Assembly: GCA_964449145.1 (NCBI GenBank) | Contig: CAYUYF010000001.1 | Location: 64,166-128,165, forward strand | Length of the DNA stretch: 64,000 bases | Reading direction: 5' to 3' | Origin: an uncultured Gemmatimonadaceae bacterium | GTDB taxonomy: Bacteria > Gemmatimonadota > Gemmatimonadetes > Gemmatimonadales > GWC2-71-9 | Shown: positions 39,849-47,627 of the stretch, in pieces | How the letters are laid out: every line of letters starts with the position of its first letter | Position numbering within the stretch: the first letter of the stretch is position 1 | Position numbers and translations under genes: made by a program | The notes under the pieces: model-generated | Databases searched by the model: none | Told to the model about the DNA's origin: nothing | Seen by the model: only the letters and a program-made list of their open reading frames with translations

Positions 39849-41881
39849 TGACGCGGCTCAATCCCCGGCACCGCTTCGACGCGTACGTCGTGGGCGCGGC
39901 CAACCGCCTGGCGGTGACCGCCGCCCGGGCCGTGGCCGAATCGCCCGGCGCGGTGTACAACCCGCTCTTCGTGTATGCGAGTTCGGGATTGGGGAAGACC
40001 CACCTGCTGATGGCCATCGGGCATCTCGCCCTGGAGATCAATCCCCAGCTGACGGTCGAGTATCTGACCCTCGATGAGTTCATCGAGGCCTTTCACGCCG
40101 CCATCGCCGCCGGCCAGAGCGAGGCGTTCCGCCATCGCTACAGCGACACCGGCCTCCTGCTGGTGGACGATGTACAGTTCCTCACCCACCGGCGCGAAAT
40201 GCAGGCGGAGTTGCTCCGTCTGACCAACGCCGTCCTGACCGCCGGCCAGCAGATCGTCCTCTCCAGCGACCGGCCCCCCAACGAGATCGAGTCCCTCGAC
40301 GACCGTCTGATCCAGCGGTTCGCCGGCGGGCTGGTCATTGACATCGCCGGGCCCGACTACGAAACCCGGGTCGCGATCCTCCGGCGCCAGTCGGAGGAGC
40401 GGAAGGCCCAGTTCGACCCCAGCGTCATCGAGGCGGTGGCGGCGCTGCCCATCGGCAGCATCCGCGAGCTCATCGGTGCGTTCAACCGGCTCATCGCGTT
40501 TCAGGCCGTGAGCGAGGCGCCGCTCTCCTCCGCCGATGCCCGCGCGGTGCTTGCGCGGACCATGCCCGCCACCGTGCGCGGTGCGCCGGCGCCGGCGGCC
40601 GCGGTGGCGCCGGAGGGCGGCCCGGCTCCGCAGGAAGGGGAGGGAGGCGCCGGGCCACCGGCACCCGTCCCGGCGGCCGAGACCCCCTTTACGCTGGGCA
40701 GTGGCGACGAATTCGGCGCCTTCCTGAGCGAGATCTCCTCCGCGGTGGCGCGGCAGGTCGAGGCGTGGCGCGGCCGGGTAGCCGAGGCCGTGGTGCGCTG
40801 GGAAGGCGAAGGGTATCGCACCGAGCGGCTGCAGCGGCTCCTCCAGGGGGAGGCTCCGGTCGATCCCGACGCCGCGCTGCAGGACTTCGAGGACGATATC
40901 GCCCGGCTCAAGGAGTTGGCGGCAGAAGCCCATGAGCTCGATTCCAGCATGGTCGCCCGGCCGATGTTCCACGATCCCGACCGGCTGACCGAAGCGGAAG
41001 CCGAGCTGGTGCGGGCCCGCGAGGGCCTGAGCCCTCCGCCCAGCCCCTCGCCGCTGTGGCGGCTGGAGGAGTTCGCCGAGTCGGCCGCCAACAAGGAGGC
41101 CCTCGGCGCCATCCGGTCGGTGCTGGCGGAACCGGGCGGACACTACAACCCCCTGCTCATCGTCGGCGGCAGCGGGGTGGGCAAGACCCATCTGCTTCAC
41201 GCCATCGGCAACGCGCTGGCGCAGCCGGGGAGAATCGTCGCCTGCCTCGGGGCCGTGGATTTCGTGGACGACCTGATCAAGGCCATCGACCGCGACCGCG
41301 TGACCTGGTGGCGTGCGCGCTACCGCCGGATCGGGGCGCTGCTGCTGGACGACGTTCACCTCCTCGCGGGCAAGGACCGCACCCAGGAGGAACTCTTCTG
41401 GCTCTACAACCTGCTGGCTGAGGGCGGGCAGCAGATGGTATTCACCTCGGCCCAGCCGCCGGAGGCCCTGGAAGGGATCGAGCCGCGGCTGCGCACCCGG
41501 CTGGAAGCCGGGCTGGTGGTGGAGCTCCCGCCGCCAGACCGCGAGATCCGGGAGGTGATCACCGCCCGCCTGCTCCGCGACAAGGGGGGCGAGGCGGACC
41601 CCGACCTGACCGCCTACCTGGCGACCCGTCCGGTGGAATCGGTGCGCGCCCTCCAGGGGCTGGTCCAGCGGGTCATCGAAGCCGCGGACGCGGAAGCCGA
41701 ACGCCCCAACGCGGGCATCGCTCGCCGGGTGCTGGAGGGCACACCGGCGGGGCCAGCAAGGCGCACCAGCAGCGCCCGCACCAGCGGGCTGCTCTCGCCC
41801 ACCGGCAGTCTGCGCAGCCGGGAGAAGACCATCTGGGACTGGCCGGACGCCGCCGATCGCATCATCGAGGAGGCGCGCTGA
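39848..41881 (+). CDS. Tandem DnaA-type AAA+ ATPase (two DnaA domain-III modules; no domain I/II or DNA-binding domain IV)
   Basis: Module 1: 'YNPLFVYASSGLGKTHLL', 'LLLVDDVQFL', 'IVLSSDRPP', 'RLIQRFAGGLVIDIAGPDYETRVAIL' and 'SIRELIGAFNRL'. Module 2: 'YNPLLIVGGSGVGKTHLL', 'ALLLDDVHLL', 'MVFTSAQPP', 'RLRTRLEAGLVVELPPPDREIREVI' and 'SVRALQGLVQRV'. TGATG overlaps occur at both ends (39846-39850 and 41879-41883). Confidence 0.85.
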   Translation: MTRLNPRHRFDAYVVGAANRLAVTAARAVAESPGAVYNPLFVYASSGLGKTHLLMAIGHLALEINPQLTVEYLTLDEFIEAFHAAIAAGQSEAFRHRYSDTGLLLVDDVQFLTHRREMQAELLRLTNAVLTAGQQIVLSSDRPPNEIESLDDRLIQRFAGGLVIDIAGPDYETRVAILRRQSEERKAQFDPSVIEAVAALPIGSIRELIGAFNRLIAFQAVSEAPLSSADARAVLARTMPATVRGAPAPAAAVAPEGGPAPQEGEGGAGPPAPVPAAETPFTLGSGDEFGAFLSEISSAVARQVEAWRGRVAEAVVRWEGEGYRTERLQRLLQGEAPVDPDAALQDFEDDIARLKELAAEAHELDSSMVARPMFHDPDRLTEAEAELVRAREGLSPPPSPSPLWRLEEFAESAANKEALGAIRSVLAEPGGHYNPLLIVGGSGVGKTHLLHAIGNALAQPGRIVACLGAVDFVDDLIKAIDRDRVTWWRARYRRIGALLLDDVHLLAGKDRTQEELFWLYNLLAEGGQQMVFTSAQPPEALEGIEPRLRTRLEAGLVVELPPPDREIREVITARLLRDKGGEADPDLTAYLATRPVESVRALQGLVQRVIEAADAEAERPNAGIARRVLEGTPAGPARRTSSARTSGLLSPTGSLRSREKTIWDWPDAADRIIEEAR

Positions 41882-43500
41882 TGGCGATCAAGGGCAGTCT
41901 CAAGGAAGCCAGTCTGCCGGACGTGCTGCAGCTGCTGGCCCTGGGCAAGAAGACCGGGTGTCTGGCCGTCGCCGACCGCCAGAACTTCGGCTACATCTTC
42001 TTCGACGAGGGCAGGATCTGCTATGCCTCCATCGTCAACCGGCGGGATCGCATCGGCGACCTGCTGCGCAAGAACCAGCTGGTCACCACCGAGCAGCTCG
42101 ATCACGCCATCCGGCTGCAGGAGCTGCACCGGGAGCGCCGCCTGGGGGACATCCTCATCGAGACCGGCGCCCTGGAGCGGGGCGAGCTGGAGCGACTGCT
42201 GGCCCTGCAGATCGAGGAGGCGGTCTTCCACCTGTTCACCTGGATCCAGGGCACCTTCAACTTCGAAGCCGGGGTCAAGCCGGAAGGCCAGGTCTTCACT
42301 GTTTCCATCAATCCCGAGTCGCTGCTGCTGGAGGGGGCCCGCCGGGTGGACGAGTGGAGCCAGATCGAGAAGAAGATTCCCAGCTTCGACCTGATCTTCG
42401 CGGTGGATCCCACCCATCCGCCGGGGGACAACGTGGGCCTGTCACCGGCGCAGGAACGGATCATTCCCCTGCTGGACGGCAGCCGGGACGTGCAGCAGGT
42501 CATCGACGAGTGCTCGCTCATCGAGTTCGACGCGGCCCAGGCCCTGTTCGGGCTCATCACTGCCGGGTACGTGCGCCGGGTCGGGACTTCGGCCCGCCCG
42601 GAGGCGCCCCGCGCCAACGACGTCCGCATCCAGGAGCACCAGAATCTCGGCATCGCGTTCTACAAGACGGGGATGCTGGACGAGGCGCAGCGCGAGTTCC
42701 GCCGGGTGGCGGACCTCCGCCCGACCGAACCGCAGGCGTCCTTCTTTCTCGGGCTGATCGCCCTCAAGCAGGCCCGGTGGCAGGAAGCGGTGGACACGCT
42801 CCAGGAGGCCATCGAGCGCGGCGCCCGGCGGGCCTCCAGTTACCACAACCTCGCCTTCGCCTTCGAGCAGCTGGGCCGGCTGGCGGACGCGGAGACCGCG
42901 TACGCGGAGGCGGCATCGCGAGCCCGCGACGACGCGCGGGTGATGATCGGGTGGGGGGTGACCGCGCTGAAGCGCAACGATCCCGAAGTGGCGCTGGGCC
43001 GCCTGCAGCGGGCGGCGGAACTGCTGGGGGATCGCCCGCGGCCGGCCACCTGGTTCTGGGCCATGGCGCTCGCGGTCGCCTGCCAGGGAGACCTGGTGGA
43101 AGCGCTGTCGGTGTCCGAACAGGGCGTGGAGGCGCACAGCGGCAACGCCGTCCTCAAGAACAACCACGCCGTGCTCACCGAGCTGGCGGGTGATCTCGCC
43201 AGTGCGGAGCTGCTCCTGCGCACGGCACTCGCGCAGGACCCCACCCTCGCCCCGGTCTCGAAGAACCTGGGGGACCTGTTGTACCGGGCGGGCCGCTTCG
43301 ACGATGCCTTCGAGGCCTATGAGCGGGCCGCCAAGCTCAGCCCGGCCCTCGGTGACGACCTCTATTTCAAGATGGGCAACATCGCCTACAAGCGCCGAGA
43401 CCGGGAACGGGCCCGCTCCTGCTGGCGCCGGGTCACCGAGCTCAACCCCAGTCACCAGCTCGCCCGCGCCAACCTCGACACCCTGGACGCCACCGCGTGA
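41881..43500 (+). CDS. PATAN/DUF4388 domain protein with helical insertion and C-terminal TPR domain
   Basis: 'GSLKEASLPDVLQLLALGKKTGCLAVAD...GYIFFDEGRICYAS', then 'IGDLLRKNQLVTTEQL'/'LGDILIETGALERGEL', then 'GTFNFEAG'. The C-terminal TPRs include 'HQNLGIAFYKTGMLDEAQREFRRVADLRP' and 'SKNLGDLLYRAGRFDDAFEAYERAAKLSP'. Confidence 0.8.
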   Translation: MAIKGSLKEASLPDVLQLLALGKKTGCLAVADRQNFGYIFFDEGRICYASIVNRRDRIGDLLRKNQLVTTEQLDHAIRLQELHRERRLGDILIETGALERGELERLLALQIEEAVFHLFTWIQGTFNFEAGVKPEGQVFTVSINPESLLLEGARRVDEWSQIEKKIPSFDLIFAVDPTHPPGDNVGLSPAQERIIPLLDGSRDVQQVIDECSLIEFDAAQALFGLITAGYVRRVGTSARPEAPRANDVRIQEHQNLGIAFYKTGMLDEAQREFRRVADLRPTEPQASFFLGLIALKQARWQEAVDTLQEAIERGARRASSYHNLAFAFEQLGRLADAETAYAEAASRARDDARVMIGWGVTALKRNDPEVALGRLQRAAELLGDRPRPATWFWAMALAVACQGDLVEALSVSEQGVEAHSGNAVLKNNHAVLTELAGDLASAELLLRTALAQDPTLAPVSKNLGDLLYRAGRFDDAFEAYERAAKLSPALGDDLYFKMGNIAYKRRDRERARSCWRRVTELNPSHQLARANLDTLDATA

Positions 43501-44327
43501 CCGCGACCGACGAGGCCGGGTTCGCCGCCCTGGCGGAGCGGATCGCGGGTCGCGCCGGCCTCGATATCGGTGCCTACAAGGACCGCTGCCTCAGGCGCCG
43601 GATCGCGGTGCGAATGCGGGCCTGTGGGGTGCACCGCTACGGGGATTATGTCGCGCTGCTGGATGACCATCCGGAGGAGTTCGACCGGCTGCTGGATGCG
43701 CTCACCATCAACGTCACCAAGTTCTTCCGCAACCGCGAAACCTGGGAGTGGCTGGGGGCGGAGCTGCTCCCGGCCATGCTGCAGGCCCGGACGGGGCAGC
43801 TGCGGGTGTGGAGCGCCGGCTGCGCGTCCGGGGAAGAGCCGTACACCATCGCGATCCTCGTGGCGGAGGTGCTCCGGCGCATGGGCCAGCCGGAGTGGAT
43901 GGCCCGGGTCCGCATCGAGGCCACCGACATCGACCGCCGCTCCATGGACCGCGCCAGGGCCGCGCGTTATCCGCGCCGGGCGTTCAGTGAGGCCGACCCG
44001 GACGTGCCGCTGCGCTACTGCACCATCGCCGGGGTGGGGGAAGAGGAGCTCGAGATCCGGGCGGAGATCCGGCGCATGGTGGAGATCCGGCCGTTTGACC
44101 TCACCCGCGACCATCCCCCGGTCGGGCGGTACGACCTGGTCTGCTGCCGCAATGTGGTGATTTATTTTGACAGGGAGACACAGGAACGACTCATGAACCT
44201 CTTCGCCGATGCCCTGATCACCGAGGGCATCCTCGTGCTGGGGAAGGTCGAGACCATCCTGGGACTGGCGCGCAATCGCTACGACCTGCTGGAACCGCGT
44301 GAGCGGATCTACCGGAAGATCGCGTGA
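43497..44327 (+). CDS. cheR: Chemotaxis protein methyltransferase CheR
   Basis: 276 aa. Contains 'LTINVTKFFRN', 'LRVWSAGCASGEEPYTIAILV' (SAM site) and 'DLVCCRNVVIYFD'. The GTG start overlaps the upstream stop (GTGA). There is no TPR extension. Confidence 0.93.
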   Translation: MTATDEAGFAALAERIAGRAGLDIGAYKDRCLRRRIAVRMRACGVHRYGDYVALLDDHPEEFDRLLDALTINVTKFFRNRETWEWLGAELLPAMLQARTGQLRVWSAGCASGEEPYTIAILVAEVLRRMGQPEWMARVRIEATDIDRRSMDRARAARYPRRAFSEADPDVPLRYCTIAGVGEEELEIRAEIRRMVEIRPFDLTRDHPPVGRYDLVCCRNVVIYFDRETQERLMNLFADALITEGILVLGKVETILGLARNRYDLLEPRERIYRKIA

Positions 44328-44812
44328 CCACGACGGAACTGCTGGTGCGCGTCGCGGATCTCCAGGCGGGGCGGGGCGACGCCGTCCTGGTCACGCTGGG
44401 CCTGGGCAGCTGCGTCGCCATCATGCTGCACGATGCGGCGGGACAGCTCGGAGGCCTGGCGCACATCCTGCTCCCCTCCCGTTCGCTCAGCCGCGGTGGC
44501 GACAACCCGGGACGCTTTCCCCAGACGGCCATCCCGGCCCTGCTGGAGCGCATGGGCGAGCTGGGCGCTGACCGTCGGCGGATCACCGCGCGGCTCGTGG
44601 GCGGGGCCGCGATGTTCGCCAGCCTGGCCCCCGCCGGCTCCATCCAGATGGGCGACCGTAACCTCATCGCCGTGCGCGAGGTGCTCACCGGCCACGCGAT
44701 TCCAATCGTCGGTGAACTGGTCGGGGGGGCGCAGGGCCGTTCGGTCTGGTTTGAGGTGGCAACCGGCAGGATCCGGGTGCGTTCGGTGGGGCAGAGTGAG
44801 CAGCTCCTCTGA
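44324..44812 (+). CDS. cheD: Chemoreceptor glutamine deamidase CheD
   Basis: 162 aa. Contains 'VTLGLGSCVAIMLHD', 'GGLAHILLP', 'ARLVGGAAMF', 'MGDRNL' and 'GGAQGRSVWFEVATGRIRV'. Confidence 0.9.
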   Translation: MTTTELLVRVADLQAGRGDAVLVTLGLGSCVAIMLHDAAGQLGGLAHILLPSRSLSRGGDNPGRFPQTAIPALLERMGELGADRRRITARLVGGAAMFASLAPAGSIQMGDRNLIAVREVLTGHAIPIVGELVGGAQGRSVWFEVATGRIRVRSVGQSEQLL

Positions 44813-45869
44813 GCTGCCCGGCGTGCTCGTCGTGGACGACAGCGCGTTCTTCCGGCGCCTCGTCAGCGAGGTCGTCGCGGGGTCGGGCGAGTTCCGCGTC
44901 GTGGGCAGCGCCTCGGACGGGCTGGAGGCGCTGGAAAAGGTCCACGCGCTGCAGCCCGACCTGGTGACCATGGATCTGCAGATGCCGGGGCTCGGGGGGC
45001 TCGAGGCGATCGGATACATCATGTCCGAGGCGCCCCGGCCCATCGTCGTGGTGAGTGCGCATGCCGGCCACGGGTCGGTGAGCTCGATCCGCGCGCTCGA
45101 ACTCGGCGCGGTCGAGCTCGTCCCCAAGGAGGACAGCCGGGGCGGCCGGCTCTCCTCACTGCGTATTGCCCCCCGCCTGCTGGACGCGCTGCGGGCGGCG
45201 GTGGCCGCCGATATCCGGCGCGTGCCGGTGCTCGCCCGGCCCCGCGCCAGCGTCGGGTTCGCCGGGGCCCGGCCGGCCGGCGCTGCCCGGCGCATCCTGG
45301 CCATCGCGGCCTCGACCGGCGGACCGAGGGCCCTCGCCGAACTGGTTCCCGCCCTCCCCCTAGGGCTGGAGACGGCGGTGCTCATCATCCAGCACATGCC
45401 CCCCGGGTTCACCCGGAGCCTGGCCGAGCGGCTCAACGGCCTCTCCGCCCTTACAGTGGTGGAAGCGGAACAGGGCATGCAGGTGAGAGCGGACACCGCC
45501 TATTTGGCTCCCGGGGATTATCATATGAAGTTGAGCGAGGTGGAGGGAGCGCTCCAGCTGTCGCTGGACCAGGCGCCACCGGTCTGGGGGGTACGGCCCG
45601 CCGCCGACCCGCTGTTCCATTCGGTGGCCCACGGGTTCGGTCCGGCGACCGTCGGCGTGGTACTGACGGGGCTCGGCCGCGACGGCGCCGCCGGTCTCCG
45701 GGCCATCCACGATGCAGGCGGCGTCGGCATCGCCCAGGACCGGAGCACCGCCACGATCTACGGGATGCCAGGTGCCGCCCTCGAGGCCGGCGGCGCGGAC
45801 CTGGTGCTGCCGCTGGGCGCCATTGCCGACCGGGTGGGTGCATTACTCCGCGAGGTGCCTCGGCGATGA
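44796..45869 (+). CDS. cheB: Protein-glutamate methylesterase/glutaminase CheB (REC + CheB_methylest)
   Basis: REC 'VLVVDDSAFFRR' and 'DLVTMDLQMPGLGG'. Esterase 'AIAASTGGPRAL', 'IQHMPPGFT', 'GVVLTGLGRDGAAG' and 'TATIYGMPGAA'. The start is GTG 44796 (17-nt overlap with cheD) or an alternative GTG at 44823. Confidence 0.93.
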   Translation: MSSSSELPGVLVVDDSAFFRRLVSEVVAGSGEFRVVGSASDGLEALEKVHALQPDLVTMDLQMPGLGGLEAIGYIMSEAPRPIVVVSAHAGHGSVSSIRALELGAVELVPKEDSRGGRLSSLRIAPRLLDALRAAVAADIRRVPVLARPRASVGFAGARPAGAARRILAIAASTGGPRALAELVPALPLGLETAVLIIQHMPPGFTRSLAERLNGLSALTVVEAEQGMQVRADTAYLAPGDYHMKLSEVEGALQLSLDQAPPVWGVRPAADPLFHSVAHGFGPATVGVVLTGLGRDGAAGLRAIHDAGGVGIAQDRSTATIYGMPGAALEAGGADLVLPLGAIADRVGALLREVPRR

Positions 45870-46300
45870 CCGCGGCCCAACTCCTGTACGTCCGGGCAGG
45901 TGGTCACCGCTGCGGCTTACCGCTGGCGCAGGTCCTGGCGGTCATCGAAGCGGGCCCGGTGCAGGCCGTCCCGGGGCGGCTGGCGGCGCTGCGGGGAATC
46001 ATCCAGGTGCGGGGCCGGATGGTCTCGCTGTTCAACCTCGGCGCGCTGCTCGGCGGGGAGATGCCGCCGGGGCCGCCGAATGGCATGCTCGTGCTCACCC
46101 GGATCGGGGGCCGCGAGGTGGCCCTGGAGGTGGACGAGATCGACGCCGCCCCGGCGGGCGCGGTGGTCCCGCCGCCTGACTACGCTGGCCTGCAGGTGTG
46201 GGCCAGCGGCGCCGTGCGGCAGACGGACGGCTGGGTGCCGATTCTCAATCTCGAAGGCCTCGCCGAGCGCTGGCGGCTGGCCGAGGAGGGGGCAAGGTGA
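45866..46300 (+). CDS. cheW: CheW-like coupling protein (copy 2, divergent)
   Basis: 144 aa: 'LLYVRAGGHRCGLPLAQVLAVIE...VPGRLAALRGIIQVRGRMVSLFNLGALLG' and 'EVALEVDEIDAAP'. ATGA overlap with cheB. Confidence 0.8.
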   Translation: MTAAQLLYVRAGGHRCGLPLAQVLAVIEAGPVQAVPGRLAALRGIIQVRGRMVSLFNLGALLGGEMPPGPPNGMLVLTRIGGREVALEVDEIDAAPAGAVVPPPDYAGLQVWASGAVRQTDGWVPILNLEGLAERWRLAEEGAR

Positions 46301-46755
46301 GTGAGGACGAACTGCAGTTCGTGGTCTTCCGGCTTGGGCCGCAGGAATTTGCGCTGAGCATCGTGCAGGTGGAGCGGATCCTGCGCTACGAGGCGCCCGC
46401 GGCGGTGCCGCAGGCCCCGGAATTCCTCGAGGGGGTCATGCCGTATGGCGGCGGCGTGGTGCCACTCGTGGACCTGCGCAAGCGCCTGTCGCTGGAGGCG
46501 CCGCTCAAGGAAGAGACCCGGGTGATGGTCGTCCATCTGGACGATCAGCACGTCGGGGTCGTCGTAGACCAGGTCAAGGAGGTGCTCCGCGTGGATACCC
46601 GCACCATCGCCTCCCCGCCGCCCATGGTGCGGGGCCTGGCCGCCCGGTACATCAGCGGCATCATCACCCGGCCCGGCCGGACCATCGTGGTGCTGAACGC
46701 GGGCCGGCTGCTCTCGACCGAGGAACGGCTGGCCCTGTCGGAGGCGTTGCCGTGA
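46297..46755 (+). CDS. cheW: CheW-like coupling protein (copy 3)
   Basis: The GTG 46297 start overlaps the upstream TGA. Contains 'LQFVVFRLGPQEFALSIVQVERILRY..AVPQAPEFLEGVMPYGGGVVPLVDLRKRL', 'HVGVVVDQVKEVLRV' and 'TIVVLNAGRLLS'. Confidence 0.85.
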   Translation: MSEDELQFVVFRLGPQEFALSIVQVERILRYEAPAAVPQAPEFLEGVMPYGGGVVPLVDLRKRLSLEAPLKEETRVMVVHLDDQHVGVVVDQVKEVLRVDTRTIASPPPMVRGLAARYISGIITRPGRTIVVLNAGRLLSTEERLALSEALP

Positions 46756-47627
46756 GCGACTCTCCGGTGACCGAGCCCCTGGTGACGGCGTACCGGGAGC
46801 AGTACCGCGACATTGCCGAGCGCCTCGAGCGGGCGACGACCGGGGCCGAGCGCGAGGTGGTCAAGCGCGAGATCATCGCGTACTTCAAACGCGTCGACTC
46901 GGCCCTGGTGGAGCTGACCCAGGTCAAGGAGGAGATCCGCCAGCTGGTGGATCGCTACAAGCAGAGTGCCGCCAGCACCGAGGCCGCGCCGGCGCCGCAG
47001 TTCACCGGCGCCCGCCCCGTCGTCCAGCAGGACCATCTGGGCGCCTCGACCTACATCGAGAAAGGCTGGAGCCTGATCTCCCTCGGGGATTATTCGGGCG
47101 CCATCCAGTCGCTGAGCAAGGCGCTGACGCTGGCGCCATCGGAAATCCAGGCCCAGTCCCTGCTGGGGTGGGCCCAGATGCTTCACGAGGAATATGACGA
47201 CGCGCTCGGCACCTTCTCCAAGGTGCTGATGAAGGAGCCCGCCAACTCGCTGGCGCGCATCAACGTCGGCTACATCTGCCTCAAGAAGCGGATCTTCGGG
47301 GAGGCCATCGAGCACCTCTCGAAGGCCATCCGCCTCGACAACGACCGCAAGGCCACCCTCTACGCCCACTACTACCTGGGGCTGGTGTATCTCGAGCGGG
47401 AGATGTTCGAAGACGCGGTGACATTTCTCCAGAAGACCCTGCAGCTCGGGCCCAATCTGATCGAGGCCTACTACGAGCTGGGCCGCGCCAACTGGTTCGC
47501 GGGAGAGAAGGAGGCCGCCGCCGCCGCCTGGAGCGACGGCTTCAAGGCCAACAAGTTCAATCCCTGGGGCAAGCGCTGCAAGGAAATGCTGGACCTCACC
47601 GCTGGCGGTGGCGAGCCGCCCCGCTAG
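46752..47627 (+). CDS. Coiled-coil + TPR protein
   Basis: 291 aa. The N-terminal ~90 aa are helical and charged ('EREVVKREIIAYFKRVDSALVELTQVKEEIRQLVDRYKQ'). TPRs follow ('YIEKGWSLISLGDYSGAIQSLSKALTLAP', 'HYYLGLVYLEREMFEDAVTFLQKTLQLGP'). GTGA overlap upstream. Confidence 0.75.
   Translation: MSDSPVTEPLVTAYREQYRDIAERLERATTGAEREVVKREIIAYFKRVDSALVELTQVKEEIRQLVDRYKQSAASTEAAPAPQFTGARPVVQQDHLGASTYIEKGWSLISLGDYSGAIQSLSKALTLAPSEIQAQSLLGWAQMLHEEYDDALGTFSKVLMKEPANSLARINVGYICLKKRIFGEAIEHLSKAIRLDNDRKATLYAHYYLGLVYLEREMFEDAVTFLQKTLQLGPNLIEAYYELGRANWFAGEKEAAAAAWSDGFKANKFNPWGKRCKEMLDLTAGGGEPPR

Noticed and set aside
39848-41881. Whether the DnaA-like gene marks the chromosomal replication origin (dnaA/oriC)
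   Set aside because: It has no DnaA domain I/II or IV, and there is no dnaN, recF or gyrB nearby. There is no intergenic AT-rich unwinding element or cluster of TTATCCACA-like boxes; both flanking junctions are 1-nt gene overlaps. It is a DnaA-fold paralog embedded in a signalling operon, not the initiator locus.
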